Part shown: positions 8,953 through 20,789 of the stretch, piece by piece
Numbering within the stretch: position 1 is the first letter of the stretch
Layout: each line of letters opens with the position of its first letter
DNA from: an uncultured Clostridia bacterium
GTDB lineage: Bacteria; Bacillota; Clostridia; Christensenellales; UBA1242
DNA: 64,000 nt
Assembly: GCA_944384535.1 (NCBI GenBank)
Contig: CALWTS010000005.1
Coordinates: 73,870-137,869 of the forward strand
Direction: 5' to 3'
Notes under the pieces: model-generated
The model's input: the letters and a program-made list of their open reading frames with translations, nothing else
The model's database searches: none
What the model was told of the DNA's origin: nothing
Made by a program: the position numbers and the translations under genes

Positions 8953-10657
8953 TAAGTTGCTAGGAGAAAGAATTAAAGATATTCCAAGTGGAGCCGTTGC
9001 CAAAAGTCATATTCTTTTATTAAGAGCTGGTTTTATCAAACCTGTTAGTAATGGAATATTTACTTTATTACCAGGAGCGCAAAAGGTTTCTTTAAAAATT
9101 CAGCAAATAATACGTAACGAAATGAATAAAATTGACGGACAAGAAATTTTGATGCCAGTGGTTATGCCAAAAGAACTATGGGAAAAATCAGGAAGATACT
9201 ATTCTATAGGTTCTGAAATGGTAAGATTTAAAGATAGAAACAATCATGATATGCTTTTAGGTATGACACATGAAGAATCTGCCGTTCATGCTTGTTTGAA
9301 CAATATAAAAAGTTATGATCAATTACCTTTTATGATTTATCAGTTACAAACTAAATTTAGAGATGAGGCAAGACCTAGAGCAGGATTATTACGAGTTAAA
9401 GAATTTACCATGAAAGATGGTTATTCTTTTCATGTCAATCAAGAGGATTTAGAAAACTATTATCAAAAAGTATATGATGCATATGTACGAATTTATAAAA
9501 AAATAGGAATGAAAAATTTTGTATCTGTTAGCTCTGACAGCGGTATGATGGGTGGTGAACGAGCAGATGAATTTCAATTATTAATTGATGCAGGAGAAGA
9601 TGATATAGTAATCTGTTCGGAATGTAACTATAAGGCAAATATAGAAGCAGCTACAAGTTTAATCGATAAAATGCAATTTAAAGATGAAAAATTAGAAGAA
9701 ATTTTTACAGGTAGTGCAAAAACAATTGAAGAAGTTTGTAATTACCTTCATATACCTTCTAAACAAATTATTAAAGCTGTTTGTTACGCAATACCAAATG
9801 ATGATACTGACGTTGTAATCTGCTTTATAAGGGGTGATAGAGAAATAAATGAAGCTAAGTTAAAAAAATATATAGGTAAAGATGTTGTTGTAAAAGATTT
9901 AACAGATTCAGATTTGGTAAAAGGTAATATTGGTTGTATAAATCTTAATATCAATAATGCTACCATTATTTATGATAAATCTCTTGAAGGTCTATGTGGT
10001 ATGGTTACTGGTGCAAATAAAGATGGATTTCACATAAAAGGTGTTAATTTAAAAAGGGATGTTAATGTAAATGATTTTATTGATATAAGTAAAGTATCAA
10101 ACGATGATAAATGTCCAATTTGTGGTTCTAATTTATTTATTAAGAAAGGAATAGAAATTGGAAATATTTTTCAACTAGGAACAAAATATTCAAAACCAAT
10201 GGGATTACTTATTAATATGCCAGATGGGAGTCAAATTAACCCAATAATGGGATGTTATGGTATAGGTGTTGGAAGATGTCTTGCTGCAGTTGTTGAGGAA
10301 TCCTCTGATGATAAAGGAATTATTTGGCCTATATCAATAGCTCCATGGCAGGTTTATTTATGTCCTATAAAAACAGAGAATATCAATGTTATGACTTTTG
10401 CAAATAATTTATATGAAAGACTAGAAAATAAATTTGAAGTTCTTTTTGATGATAGAAATGTTTCAGCTGGTGTTAAATTTACTGATAGTGAACTAATTGG
10501 TATACCTATTAGAATAATAATTAGTCCTCGAACTTTAGAGAATCAGCAAGTAGAAATTGGTATAAGAAGAACAAACGAAAAAGTATTAGTTGATATAAAT
10601 AAAATTGAAGAAAAAATAAATGAAATAATCAATAGATTATCTGAAATGGAGAATTGA
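8942..10657 (+). CDS. proS: Proline--tRNA ligase (bacterial type with INS editing domain)
   Basis: LLLRAGFIKPVSNGIFTLLPGA, TKFRDEARPRAGLLRVKEFTMKDGYSF and GCYGIGVGR. 571 aa. Overlaps the xseA 3' end by 11 nt. Confidence 0.95.
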   Translation: MKISKLLGERIKDIPSGAVAKSHILLLRAGFIKPVSNGIFTLLPGAQKVSLKIQQIIRNEMNKIDGQEILMPVVMPKELWEKSGRYYSIGSEMVRFKDRNNHDMLLGMTHEESAVHACLNNIKSYDQLPFMIYQLQTKFRDEARPRAGLLRVKEFTMKDGYSFHVNQEDLENYYQKVYDAYVRIYKKIGMKNFVSVSSDSGMMGGERADEFQLLIDAGEDDIVICSECNYKANIEAATSLIDKMQFKDEKLEEIFTGSAKTIEEVCNYLHIPSKQIIKAVCYAIPNDDTDVVICFIRGDREINEAKLKKYIGKDVVVKDLTDSDLVKGNIGCINLNINNATIIYDKSLEGLCGMVTGANKDGFHIKGVNLKRDVNVNDFIDISKVSNDDKCPICGSNLFIKKGIEIGNIFQLGTKYSKPMGLLINMPDGSQINPIMGCYGIGVGRCLAAVVEESSDDKGIIWPISIAPWQVYLCPIKTENINVMTFANNLYERLENKFEVLFDDRNVSAGVKFTDSELIGIPIRIIISPRTLENQQVEIGIRRTNEKVLVDINKIEEKINEIINRLSEMEN

Positions 10658-10658
10658 T

Positions 10659-10865
10659 ATGGAAAAAATTTCTTATGAAGATGCAATCAAAGAACTAAAT
10701 GAAATTATAGATAAAATTGAAAGTAACACAGTCTCAATGGAAGAATCTATAGAAATTTTTGAAAGAGGAACTTTCCTAATAAATAATTGTTATAAACAAT
10801 TAAATAAAGCAAAAGGAAAGTTAACAGAGATTAAAGAAACAATAAAAGGTTTAGAAGAAATTTAA
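10659..10865 (+). CDS. xseB: Exodeoxyribonuclease VII small subunit
   Basis: 68 aa. SYEDAIKELNEIIDKIES...EESIEIFERG is typical of XseB. It starts 1 nt after the proS stop. Confidence 0.9.
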   Translation: MEKISYEDAIKELNEIIDKIESNTVSMEESIEIFERGTFLINNCYKQLNKAKGKLTEIKETIKGLEEI

Positions 10866-10909
10866 ATTTAAAATGAATATGGTAAAAATAGTATTCATAT
10901 ATTATTCGT

Positions 10910-11461
10910 GTGAAGAAAAATAAAATAAAAAGATATATTTCTATATGGACAATTAAAATGTTTTTTATAGCGATTTCTCTTTCTTTATTTTTTGGATTTA
11001 TAAGTCAAACAATTTTATCAAGAACTGGAATAATCTTGTCAATCATTGGAATTGTATTTTTTGTAACGCTTGCAGTGCTATTTGATATGATAGGTATGGC
11101 TGTTACTACGGCAGAAAAACAAAAATTTATTTTTTGGAAGAATCAAAACATCAAGGGTGCCGGTGTGGGATACTATTTATGCACGAATGCAGAAAAAGTT
11201 TGTTCGTTTTGTTCAGATGTAATAGGAGATATTTGCAGCACATTGTGTGGAGCTTTAGGTGCTTGTATAGTAATAAATTTAAATAATGTCTTTTATGACA
11301 ATTCGTTAATTTTAGCATCTTCCATATTTATATCTTCTTTAATTGCAAGTTTAACTATTTTCTTTAAGGCTATATTAAAAGAATATGCTATAAAAAATTC
11401 AAATAAAATTATTTTATTTATTGGTAGGATTTTAGAAAGTTTTAAAAAAAATAAAAAATAA
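10910..11461 (+). CDS. Hypothetical integral membrane protein (about 4 TM helices, Cys-rich loop)
   Basis: GTG start. Hydrophobic segments and CSFCSDVIGDICSTLCGALGAC. No family recognised. Confidence 0.5.
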   Translation: MKKNKIKRYISIWTIKMFFIAISLSLFFGFISQTILSRTGIILSIIGIVFFVTLAVLFDMIGMAVTTAEKQKFIFWKNQNIKGAGVGYYLCTNAEKVCSFCSDVIGDICSTLCGALGACIVINLNNVFYDNSLILASSIFISSLIASLTIFFKAILKEYAIKNSNKIILFIGRILESFKKNKK

Positions 11462-11475
11462 AATTAATAATTATG

Positions 11476-11504
11476 TTGACAAAAATCATATAATATGCTA
11501 TTAT
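11476..11504 (+). promoter_or_regulatory. Sigma-A type promoter of the infC-rpmI-rplT operon
   Basis: TTGACA (11476-11481), 17-nt spacer ending in TGc (extended -10), TATTAT (11499-11504). Confidence 0.75.
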
Positions 11505-11625
11505 ACTTGCATGAAAGTAGAAGTTCCACTTCTCACCAATCGACTTATATTGTTAGATTTGGTAAAAACTTAAAATTTATTTATGAGTTTTTTTGGTGGA
11601 AATTTTTACTTCCACCAAATTTTAT
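11505..11625 (+). promoter_or_regulatory. Putative L20-responsive leader with attenuator terminator
   Basis: About 130-nt untranslated leader between the promoter and infC. It ends in hairpin TTTGGTGGAA-ATTTTTAC-TTCCACCAAA (11592-11619) followed by a T-rich run. This architecture matches the Firmicute L20 leader. Confidence 0.5.
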
Positions 11626-11644
11626 TTAAAAGGGGATTATAACA

Positions 11645-12160
11645 ATTTTTAAGGAACTTTTAATAAACGAAGCAATAACTGCACAGCAGGTTCGTTTAAT
11701 CGGAGAGAATGGAGAACAGTTAGGTATTGTTGAAAGAGGTGAGGCTTTAAGACTTGCCGAGGAACAAGGATTGGACCTTGTTTTAATGTCAGGAGGAACT
11801 AATCCTCCAGTTTGCAAACTTTTAAACTATGGAAAATTTAAGTATGATGCTTTAAAAAAAGATAAAGAAATTAAGAAAGCTCAAAAGATTATTGAAACAA
11901 AAGAAGTGCGTTTATCTATGACTATAGAAGAACATGATATAGCTTATAGAATATCTAATGCGATTAAATTTCTTAAAGATGGAAACAAGGTTAAGGTTAC
12001 ATTAAAAATGAAAGGTCGTGAGCAATCTTATGTAAAAAAAGCTATAGAAATAGTTAAGGAATTTTGTGGACGTTTAGAAGAATTTGGAACTACAGAAAAA
12101 GAACCTGAATTATTGGGTAGAAATATCTTTGTAGTTATAAGCCCAAAAAAATCAAAGTAA
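11645..12160 (+). CDS. infC: Translation initiation factor IF-3, non-AUG (ATT) start
   Basis: The frame opens after TAA at 11627-11629 and has no ATG before LINEAITAQQVRLIGENGEQLGIV. AGGGG at 11631-11635 precedes in-frame ATT/ATA codons at 11636, 11639 and 11645. The supplied ORF begins at an internal TTG (11771). Confidence 0.9.
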   Translation: MFKELLINEAITAQQVRLIGENGEQLGIVERGEALRLAEEQGLDLVLMSGGTNPPVCKLLNYGKFKYDALKKDKEIKKAQKIIETKEVRLSMTIEEHDIAYRISNAIKFLKDGNKVKVTLKMKGREQSYVKKAIEIVKEFCGRLEEFGTTEKEPELLGRNIFVVISPKKSK

Positions 12161-12173
12161 AAGGAGAATAATT

Positions 12174-12368
12174 ATGCCAAAACAAAAAACACACAGTGGA
12201 TGTAAAAAACGTTTTCATTTAACAGCAAATGGTCAGGTAAAATTTGCAAGACCAGGGAAAGGACATTTTCTTACTAAGAAATCACAATCAAGTAAAAGAA
12301 AATTAAGAAAGGGATCATATATTGCAGGAAAGAATACTCAAAACATAAAATCCCTTTTAGCTAAATAG
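12174..12368 (+). CDS. rpmI: 50S ribosomal protein L35
   Basis: [14 protein letters not shown]..., 64 aa. Confidence 0.97.
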   Translation: MPKQKTHSGCKKRFHLTANGQVKFARPGKGHFLTKKSQSSKRKLRKGSYIAGKNTQNIKSLLAK

Positions 12369-12378
12369 GAGGGAAATT

Positions 12379-12720
12379 ATGAGAATTAAAAGAACTGTTA
12401 ATGCGTTAAAAAAACGTCGTTCAATTTTAAAAAGTGCGAAAGGATATAGAGGTGCTAAATCAAAACTTTATAGAACAGCAAAACAACAGGTAATGAAAAG
12501 TGGACAATATGCCTATGTTGGACGTAGAATTAAGAAAAGAAATTTCAGAGCACTATGGATTACAAGAATAAATGCTGGATGCAGACAAAATGGAATATCT
12601 TATTCTAAGTTTATAGCTGGATTAAAAAATAAGGGAATTGAATTGAATAGAAAAGTTCTTGCAGATATGGCAGTAAGAGAACCTGAAGCATTTGCATCTT
12701 TAGTAGGACAAATAAAATAA
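12379..12720 (+). CDS. rplT: 50S ribosomal protein L20
   Basis: [31 protein letters not shown]...LWITRINA. Confidence 0.97.
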   Translation: MRIKRTVNALKKRRSILKSAKGYRGAKSKLYRTAKQQVMKSGQYAYVGRRIKKRNFRALWITRINAGCRQNGISYSKFIAGLKNKGIELNRKVLADMAVREPEAFASLVGQIK

Positions 12721-12721
12721 C

Positions 12722-13447
12722 ATGCTAAAAAAAGTTTCAGAAACTTTTATAAAAAATCTTAAAAAGCAAAAACGAGAAAATTGTTATTTGCTTTTTTTAG
12801 ATAACATAAAGATTATAAAAGATTTAATAAATAGTGGTTTAAAACCAATATGTATCCTTGTTGAAGATGAAAAATTTAACATCTGGCAAGATGAAATAGT
12901 TTATAAAGTAGATAGAAGAGTAATAGAACAATTATCAGATACAAAAACCCCACAAGGTGTAGTTTGTATAATAGAATACCCACAATATATATTAAAAAAA
13001 CCTGATACTAATTTTTTAATTATAGACAAATTACAGGATCCAGGTAATGTGGGAACGCTAATTAGAACTGCCGCCGCATGTGGTTTTAATAATATTTTTT
13101 TATTAGATAGTGTTAGAATTAATAATTCTAAATTAATCAGAAGTTCTGTTGGTACTATTTTTAATACAAATATAATTTCCATGTCAGAAAACAAATTTAT
13201 CGAGTATGCTAAAATTTGGAAGCTACCTATAATTAAAGCTGATATGGGAGGAAAGAATATTTTTAATTTTTCTTATTCAGGCATTATTGGACTTGTTATA
13301 GGAAATGAAGGAAATGGTGTTTCCAGTAATTTATCTTCCATTTGTTCAGAAACTATTTCAATTCCTATGAAAAAAAATGTAGAAAGTTTAAATGCATCAA
13401 TTTCTGGTTCAATAATAATGTATCAATTAGCTAAAAATGATTTTTAA
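12722..13447 (+). CDS. TrmH/SpoU family RNA 2'-O-methyltransferase
   Basis: LQDPGNVGTLIRTAAACGF, VIGNEGNGVS and IPM...ESLNASISGSIIMYQL motifs. Confidence 0.85.
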   Translation: MLKKVSETFIKNLKKQKRENCYLLFLDNIKIIKDLINSGLKPICILVEDEKFNIWQDEIVYKVDRRVIEQLSDTKTPQGVVCIIEYPQYILKKPDTNFLIIDKLQDPGNVGTLIRTAAACGFNNIFLLDSVRINNSKLIRSSVGTIFNTNIISMSENKFIEYAKIWKLPIIKADMGGKNIFNFSYSGIIGLVIGNEGNGVSSNLSSICSETISIPMKKNVESLNASISGSIIMYQLAKNDF

Positions 13448-13472
13448 AATTCTCTAAAGGAGGTGAAAAAAT

Positions 13473-14207
13473 ATGTCAGGTCATTCTAAATGGCATAATA
13501 TACAAGCAAGAAAAGGAAAAAGCGATGCTCAAAGAGGAAAAATATTTACTAAAATTGGTAGAGAAATTGCCGTTGTAGTTAAAAATGGAGGAGCTGATCC
13601 AATATCAAATCCTAAATTAAAAGATGTTATTGCAAAGGCAAAACAAAATAATATGCCTAATGATTCTATTGAAAGAAGTATAAAAAAAGCAGCAGGAGAA
13701 TTGTCTGGTGTGAATTATGAAAGTTGTACATATGAAGGATATGGTCAAGGTGGTTCTGCTGTTATTGTTGAGTGTTTAACAGATAATAAAAATAGGACTG
13801 CAGGAGATGTTCGTCATGCTTTTGATAAGTTTGGAGGATCTTTAGGTTCAAATGGTTGTGTAAGTTATTTATTTCAAAGAAAAGGTATAGTTGAATTGGA
13901 GAAAGAAGGTGTTAATGATTTTGATGAACTTATGTTACTTGCGTTAGATTTGGGTGCAAAAGATATAATTGAATACGATGATTATTTTGAAATTATTACT
14001 GATCCTAATGAACATAATAAATTAAGTGAGTCGTTAAAAAAAGCGGGATATACTATTGAGAATTCCGAAACAAGATTAGTCCCTGAAAGTTATATCGATT
14101 TGGACACAGAAAAATTATCCAAATTTTTAAAAATGATTGATGCTTTGGAAGATCTAGATGATGTACAAGAAGTTTTTCATAATGTCAATTTACCTGAAGA
14201 AGAATAA
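13473..14207 (+). CDS. YebC/PmpR family DNA-binding transcriptional regulator
   Basis: MSGHSKWHNIQARKGKSDAQRGKIFTKIGREI is diagnostic. Confidence 0.95.
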   Translation: MSGHSKWHNIQARKGKSDAQRGKIFTKIGREIAVVVKNGGADPISNPKLKDVIAKAKQNNMPNDSIERSIKKAAGELSGVNYESCTYEGYGQGGSAVIVECLTDNKNRTAGDVRHAFDKFGGSLGSNGCVSYLFQRKGIVELEKEGVNDFDELMLLALDLGAKDIIEYDDYFEIITDPNEHNKLSESLKKAGYTIENSETRLVPESYIDLDTEKLSKFLKMIDALEDLDDVQEVFHNVNLPEEE

Positions 14208-14224
14208 TTCTTCTTCTTTTTTTT
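14196..14224 (+). terminator. Intrinsic terminator overlapping the yebC-like stop codon
   Basis: GAAGAAGAA-TAA-TTCTTCTTC followed by T8. Confidence 0.8.
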
Positions 14225-14285
14225 ATTTAACTATTGAATCTTTGTTTTTTATATGATATCATTATAATGGTATAAGGAGTATTTT

Positions 14286-14567
14286 ATGGGATTAGGATGG
14301 TATGCAGATTGGGAAAGAGAAAAAGAAGAAAGAGAAGATGAAGAAGAAGAACGCTTAGCTGAAGAAAGAAGAAAAAAATATGAGGAATTTTTAGAAAATG
14401 AAAAGGCTTTATTAAAAGCTGAAAATGATATGAATTATAAGTTGTATGAAACAAAAAATGGTCAGCTTTCACTTTTTCCACCTATAGAAAAAACAAAATC
14501 TAAAACAAAAAATAAAAGTAATCTAAACAAAAATTTAAATTCAGATGATGAACGTGAAAGTTTTTAA
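14286..14567 (+). CDS. Hypothetical highly charged 93-aa protein
   Basis: AAGGAG RBS 6 nt upstream. Own promoter-like TTGAAT-17-TATCAT with TGa (14234-14262). E/K/R-rich, and no family recognised. Confidence 0.5.
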   Translation: MGLGWYADWEREKEEREDEEEERLAEERRKKYEEFLENEKALLKAENDMNYKLYETKNGQLSLFPPIEKTKSKTKNKSNLNKNLNSDDERESF

Positions 14568-14646
14568 AAAATTTTAGATTTCTGGAGAAAAATAGTTTAT
14601 TATTGATTTAATTGACTATTTTTTTTTTATGTTGTAAAATATTCTC

Positions 14647-15123
14647 ATGGTAATATTAGGAATTGATCCTGGATATGGAATTGTAGGATATGGTGTTATT
14701 GATACTAATAAAAAGAATATGGTGTTAGATTATGGCACAATTCAAACACCAAAAGAAGATAAAATGGCTGTTAGATTAGAAGCGATAGATTCTAGTCTTA
14801 AGTTTTTGTTTGAAAAATATAAACCTGAAGCTATTGCTATTGAAGAACTATTTTATTTTAAAAATCAAAAAACCATTATTCAAGTTGCACAAGCAAGAGG
14901 TGTTATTGTATTATGTTCTCAAAAATATTGTGGAAACATTTATGAATATACTCCATTGCAAATTAAGCAAGCTTTAACAGGGCAAGGAAGAGCAGAAAAA
15001 GCACAAGTTCAATATATGGTAAAAGCTATTTTGGGTTTAGATTCAATTCCTAAACCTGATGATGCCGCAGATGCTTTAGCTGTCGCCATTTGTCATAGTC
15101 AAACTAATCAAATTTTGAAATAA
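14647..15123 (+). CDS. ruvC: Holliday junction resolvase RuvC
   Basis: ILGIDPGYGIVGYGVI..., IAIEELF and DDAADALAVAICH. Confidence 0.95.
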   Translation: MVILGIDPGYGIVGYGVIDTNKKNMVLDYGTIQTPKEDKMAVRLEAIDSSLKFLFEKYKPEAIAIEELFYFKNQKTIIQVAQARGVIVLCSQKYCGNIYEYTPLQIKQALTGQGRAEKAQVQYMVKAILGLDSIPKPDDAADALAVAICHSQTNQILK

Positions 15124-15138
15124 AAAGAGGTTTAAAAA

Positions 15139-15732
15139 ATGATTTCGTTTTTAATAGGAGTAATTGAAGAAAAAGAGGATGGAAATGTATTAATTAATGT
15201 TAATGGAGTTGGTTTTTCTTTATTTGTTTCTAATAATACTTTGGTTTCATTACCTAACTTGGGAGAGATTGCAAAAATTTATACATATATGGCTGTTCGA
15301 GAAGATGATATTTCTCTTTATGGATTCTCTTCTTTAGAAGAAAAAAATTTATTTAATAAATTGATAACTGTTAATGGTGTAGGTCCAAAAGTTGCTATAT
15401 CTATTTTGTCAGGAATGCATCTTTCGGATTTGACTATAGCAATCATGAAAGAAGATTTAAGTTTATTATCCAAAATAAAAGGTCTTGGGAAGAAAACTGC
15501 AGAGAGAATATGTTTAGAACTAAAAGATAAAATTAATCCTTTGAATAGTTCAATAGAAAATATTAGTTTCTCAAATGATTATAATGAGGATGCTGTGCAA
15601 ATGGCAACAGAGACATTGATAAGTTTAGGGATAAATAAAAATGAGGCTTATATGTTAGCGAGATCAAATGCTAGTAAAGATAGTACTGCAGAAGATATTA
15701 TTTCGAAGTCATTAAGGGGGTATAAAGGTTGA
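15139..15732 (+). CDS. ruvA: Holliday junction branch-migration complex subunit RuvA
   Basis: MISFLIGVI...[23 protein letters not shown] and [12 protein letters not shown]. Confidence 0.95.
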   Translation: MISFLIGVIEEKEDGNVLINVNGVGFSLFVSNNTLVSLPNLGEIAKIYTYMAVREDDISLYGFSSLEEKNLFNKLITVNGVGPKVAISILSGMHLSDLTIAIMKEDLSLLSKIKGLGKKTAERICLELKDKINPLNSSIENISFSNDYNEDAVQMATETLISLGINKNEAYMLARSNASKDSTAEDIISKSLRGYKG

Positions 15733-16751
15733 TGGAAAATAGTAACGATAGATTTATAACTAGTTCAAAAAACTTAACTGATGCCGAAATTGAAAATTCT
15801 TTACGTCCGACGACTTTTGAAGAATATATAGGACAAACAAAGGTAAAAGAATCTTTGTCTGTTTATATAAAAGCTGCAAAATCTAGAAAAGAAAGTTTAG
15901 ATCATGTTCTTTTGTATGGTCCTCCTGGTCTAGGTAAAACAACATTATCTCATATTATAGCAAATGAGTTAGGTTCACAATTTAAAGTAACATCGGGTCC
16001 AGCTATTGAACACGCCGCAGATCTAGCAGCAATTTTAACAAATTTAAATCAAAACGATGTTTTGTTTATTGATGAAATACATAGACTTAATAAAACAGTC
16101 GAAGAGATTTTATATCCTGCAATGGAAGACTTTGCACTTGATTTTATAGTTGGTAAAGGTCCTTCAGCAAGAAACATGAGATTAAAAATCAAACCTTTTA
16201 CACTTATAGGCGCAACTACAAGAGCAGGAATGTTAACAAATCCTTTGAGAGATAGATTTGGAGTTATATGCAGATTAGAATTATATTCTACGGAAGAATT
16301 ACAAATTATTTTACAAAGATCAGCTAAAATTCTAGGTGTTCAAATTGATGATGAAGCAAGCATTGAAATAGCAAAAAGATCTAGGGGAACTCCAAGAATT
16401 GCAAATAGATTGTTAAAAAGAGTAAGGGATTATGCCCAAGTTATAGGGGAAGGACATATAACAAAGCAAATTGCGAAAAAAACATTGCAGATTATGGAAA
16501 TAGATGAATTAGGTCTGGATACCATTGATAGAAAAATTATATTGTCAATAATAAATAAATTTAAGGGAGGTCCAGTTGGTTTGGATACATTGTCGGCAAC
16601 AATTAGTGAAGATTCATCAACCATAGAAGATGTTTATGAACCATATTTATTGCAGTTAGGTTTTATTTCCAGAACACCACGAGGAAGAGTAGCTTTAGAA
16701 CCAGCATATAAACACTTTGGATTAATATATGATATTAATATTAAAAACTAA
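15732..16751 (+). CDS. ruvB: Holliday junction DNA helicase RuvB
   Basis: [34 protein letters not shown] and [16 protein letters not shown]. The ATG overlaps the ruvA TGA by 1 nt. Confidence 0.97.
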   Translation: MENSNDRFITSSKNLTDAEIENSLRPTTFEEYIGQTKVKESLSVYIKAAKSRKESLDHVLLYGPPGLGKTTLSHIIANELGSQFKVTSGPAIEHAADLAAILTNLNQNDVLFIDEIHRLNKTVEEILYPAMEDFALDFIVGKGPSARNMRLKIKPFTLIGATTRAGMLTNPLRDRFGVICRLELYSTEELQIILQRSAKILGVQIDDEASIEIAKRSRGTPRIANRLLKRVRDYAQVIGEGHITKQIAKKTLQIMEIDELGLDTIDRKIILSIINKFKGGPVGLDTLSATISEDSSTIEDVYEPYLLQLGFISRTPRGRVALEPAYKHFGLIYDINIKN

Positions 16752-16765
16752 TTAAAGGATTAAGA

Positions 16766-18993
<2,228 letters not shown>

Positions 18994-19020
18994 GTAGAAT
19001 CATTTATTTACTGAAGATAA

Positions 19021-19050
19021 ATAGAAGTATTTTACTATACTTCTATTTTT
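19021..19050 (+). terminator. Intrinsic terminator after tgt
   Basis: ATAGAAGTAT-TTTACT-ATACTTCTAT followed by TTTT. Confidence 0.75.
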
Positions 19051-19063
19051 AATTCTATTTTGT

Positions 19064-19092
19064 TTGACTTATAACTTTATTTTTTATATACT
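19064..19092 (+). promoter_or_regulatory. Sigma-A type promoter of rny
   Basis: TTGACT, 17-nt spacer, TATACT. Confidence 0.65.
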
Positions 19093-19137
19093 CTTTATGG
19101 TAAATATTTTCTTTACCAAATTAAAAGGGGATTACTA

Positions 19138-20727
19138 ATGAGCAGTTTAAGTTTATTATGCAATACTGCTGTAGTAGCCGGAGTTGTAAGTGGAGTTCTT
19201 GCTCTAGTTATAGGTATAATACTTGGTGCAATAGTTTACAAAGTTTTTATAAATAAAAAAATTGATAAAAGTAAATCAAATGCAGTAAAAATTATAGAAG
19301 AGGCATACGCAGAAGCAAAAAGCATAAAAAAAGAATCTATTCTTGAGGCTAAAGATGAAGCTCAAAAAATAAGAGATGATGCAAATCAGGAAGCTAAAGA
19401 AAGAAGAAATGAAATTCAGAAACAAGAAGAAAGATTAGATGTAAGAGAAGAATACCTAACAAAAAAAGAACAATCTCTTGATTCTAAATCTGAACAGTTA
19501 GAAAATGAAAAAAATTTACTAGAAAACGAAAAACAAAAATTGATAGAAAAAAGTAAAGAACACGAAGATATTAAAAATCAAATGCTCGAAAAACTAGAGA
19601 AAATTTCCGGTCTTTCAAAACAAGAAGCAAAAGATATTTTAATTGAAAATGTTACTGAAGAAGCAAAAAAAGACGCAGGTTTTATTGTTAAAAAAATAGA
19701 AGATGAAGCAAAAGAAAATGCGGATAAAATTGCAAGAAATATTGTTACTAATGCAATTCAAAAATGTGCAACGGATTTATCTTCAGAAATAACTGTTACT
19801 TCAGTCGCTTTGCCAAATGATGAAATGAAAGGTCGAATAATTGGTAGAGAAGGACGAAATATTAGATCAATTGAGAGTGCTACAGGAGTTGAGTTAATAG
19901 TTGATGATACTCCAGAATCTATTACCATTTCTAGTTTTGATCCAATACGAAGGGAAATAGCAAGACTAAGTCTTGAAAAACTTATTATAGATGGTAGAAT
20001 CCATCCAGCAAGAATAGAAGAATTAGTTGATAAAGCAACGAGAGAAGTTGATAAATCTATTAAGGAAGCTGGTGAAAATGCGTGTAACGATGTTGCTATA
20101 TATAATTTAAATCCAGAAATAGTTAAGGTTTTAGGTCGTTTAAAATACAGAACAAGTTATGGACAAAATTGTCTAAAACATAGTGTAGAAACCTCTATAA
20201 TTGCTGGATTGATTGCTACAGAGCTTGGTGCTAACGTTGTAGTAGCTAAACGTGGAGGATTTTTACATGATATTGGTAAAGCTTTAGATCACGAAATAGA
20301 AGGAACACATGTTAAAATCGGTGTAGATTTAGCCAGAAAATATAAAGAATCAGAGGAAGTTATACATTGTATAGAAGCTCATCATGGTGATGTTCCATTT
20401 AATTCAGTGGAAGCTGTAATTGTTCAGGTTGCTGATGCAATATCAAGTTCTAGACCAGGTGCGAGAAGAGAAAGTTTTGAAAACTACATCAAAAGATTAC
20501 AACAACTTGAAGAAATTTGTAACAATTTCAAAGGAGTAGAAAAATCTTATGCTATTCAAGCAGGAAGAGAAGTAAGAATTATGGTTAAACCTGAAGAAAT
20601 TGATGATAATAATGCTATCTTTTTGGCGAAGGATATTTCTAAAAAAATTGAAAATGAGATGCAATATCCAGGTCAGATTAAAGTTGTTGTTATAAGAGAA
20701 AGTAGATTTACAGAAACAGCCAAATAA
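19138..20727 (+). CDS. rny: Ribonuclease Y
   Basis: N-terminal TM helix, coiled coil, KH domain (MKGRIIGREGRNIR) and HD domain (GFLHDIGKA...HH). Confidence 0.97.
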   Translation: MSSLSLLCNTAVVAGVVSGVLALVIGIILGAIVYKVFINKKIDKSKSNAVKIIEEAYAEAKSIKKESILEAKDEAQKIRDDANQEAKERRNEIQKQEERLDVREEYLTKKEQSLDSKSEQLENEKNLLENEKQKLIEKSKEHEDIKNQMLEKLEKISGLSKQEAKDILIENVTEEAKKDAGFIVKKIEDEAKENADKIARNIVTNAIQKCATDLSSEITVTSVALPNDEMKGRIIGREGRNIRSIESATGVELIVDDTPESITISSFDPIRREIARLSLEKLIIDGRIHPARIEELVDKATREVDKSIKEAGENACNDVAIYNLNPEIVKVLGRLKYRTSYGQNCLKHSVETSIIAGLIATELGANVVVAKRGGFLHDIGKALDHEIEGTHVKIGVDLARKYKESEEVIHCIEAHHGDVPFNSVEAVIVQVADAISSSRPGARRESFENYIKRLQQLEEICNNFKGVEKSYAIQAGREVRIMVKPEEIDDNNAIFLAKDISKKIENEMQYPGQIKVVVIRESRFTETAK

Positions 20728-20756
20728 AAGGTAATAAAATACCTTTTATTTTTTTT
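20726..20756 (+). terminator. Intrinsic terminator after rny
   Basis: AAAAGGTA-ATAAAA-TACCTTTT followed by a T-rich run. Confidence 0.75.
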
Positions 20757-20789
20757 CATAATTTTTATTATTTTTTAATAGAATATAAC

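Noticed and set aside
11626-11817. 63-aa - strand ORF
   Set aside because: It is antisense to the conserved N-terminal region of infC and is a shadow ORF.
14284-14481. 65-aa - strand ORF rich in F and L
   Set aside because: It is the mirror image of the GAA/AAG-rich + strand ORF, which has the RBS and promoter.
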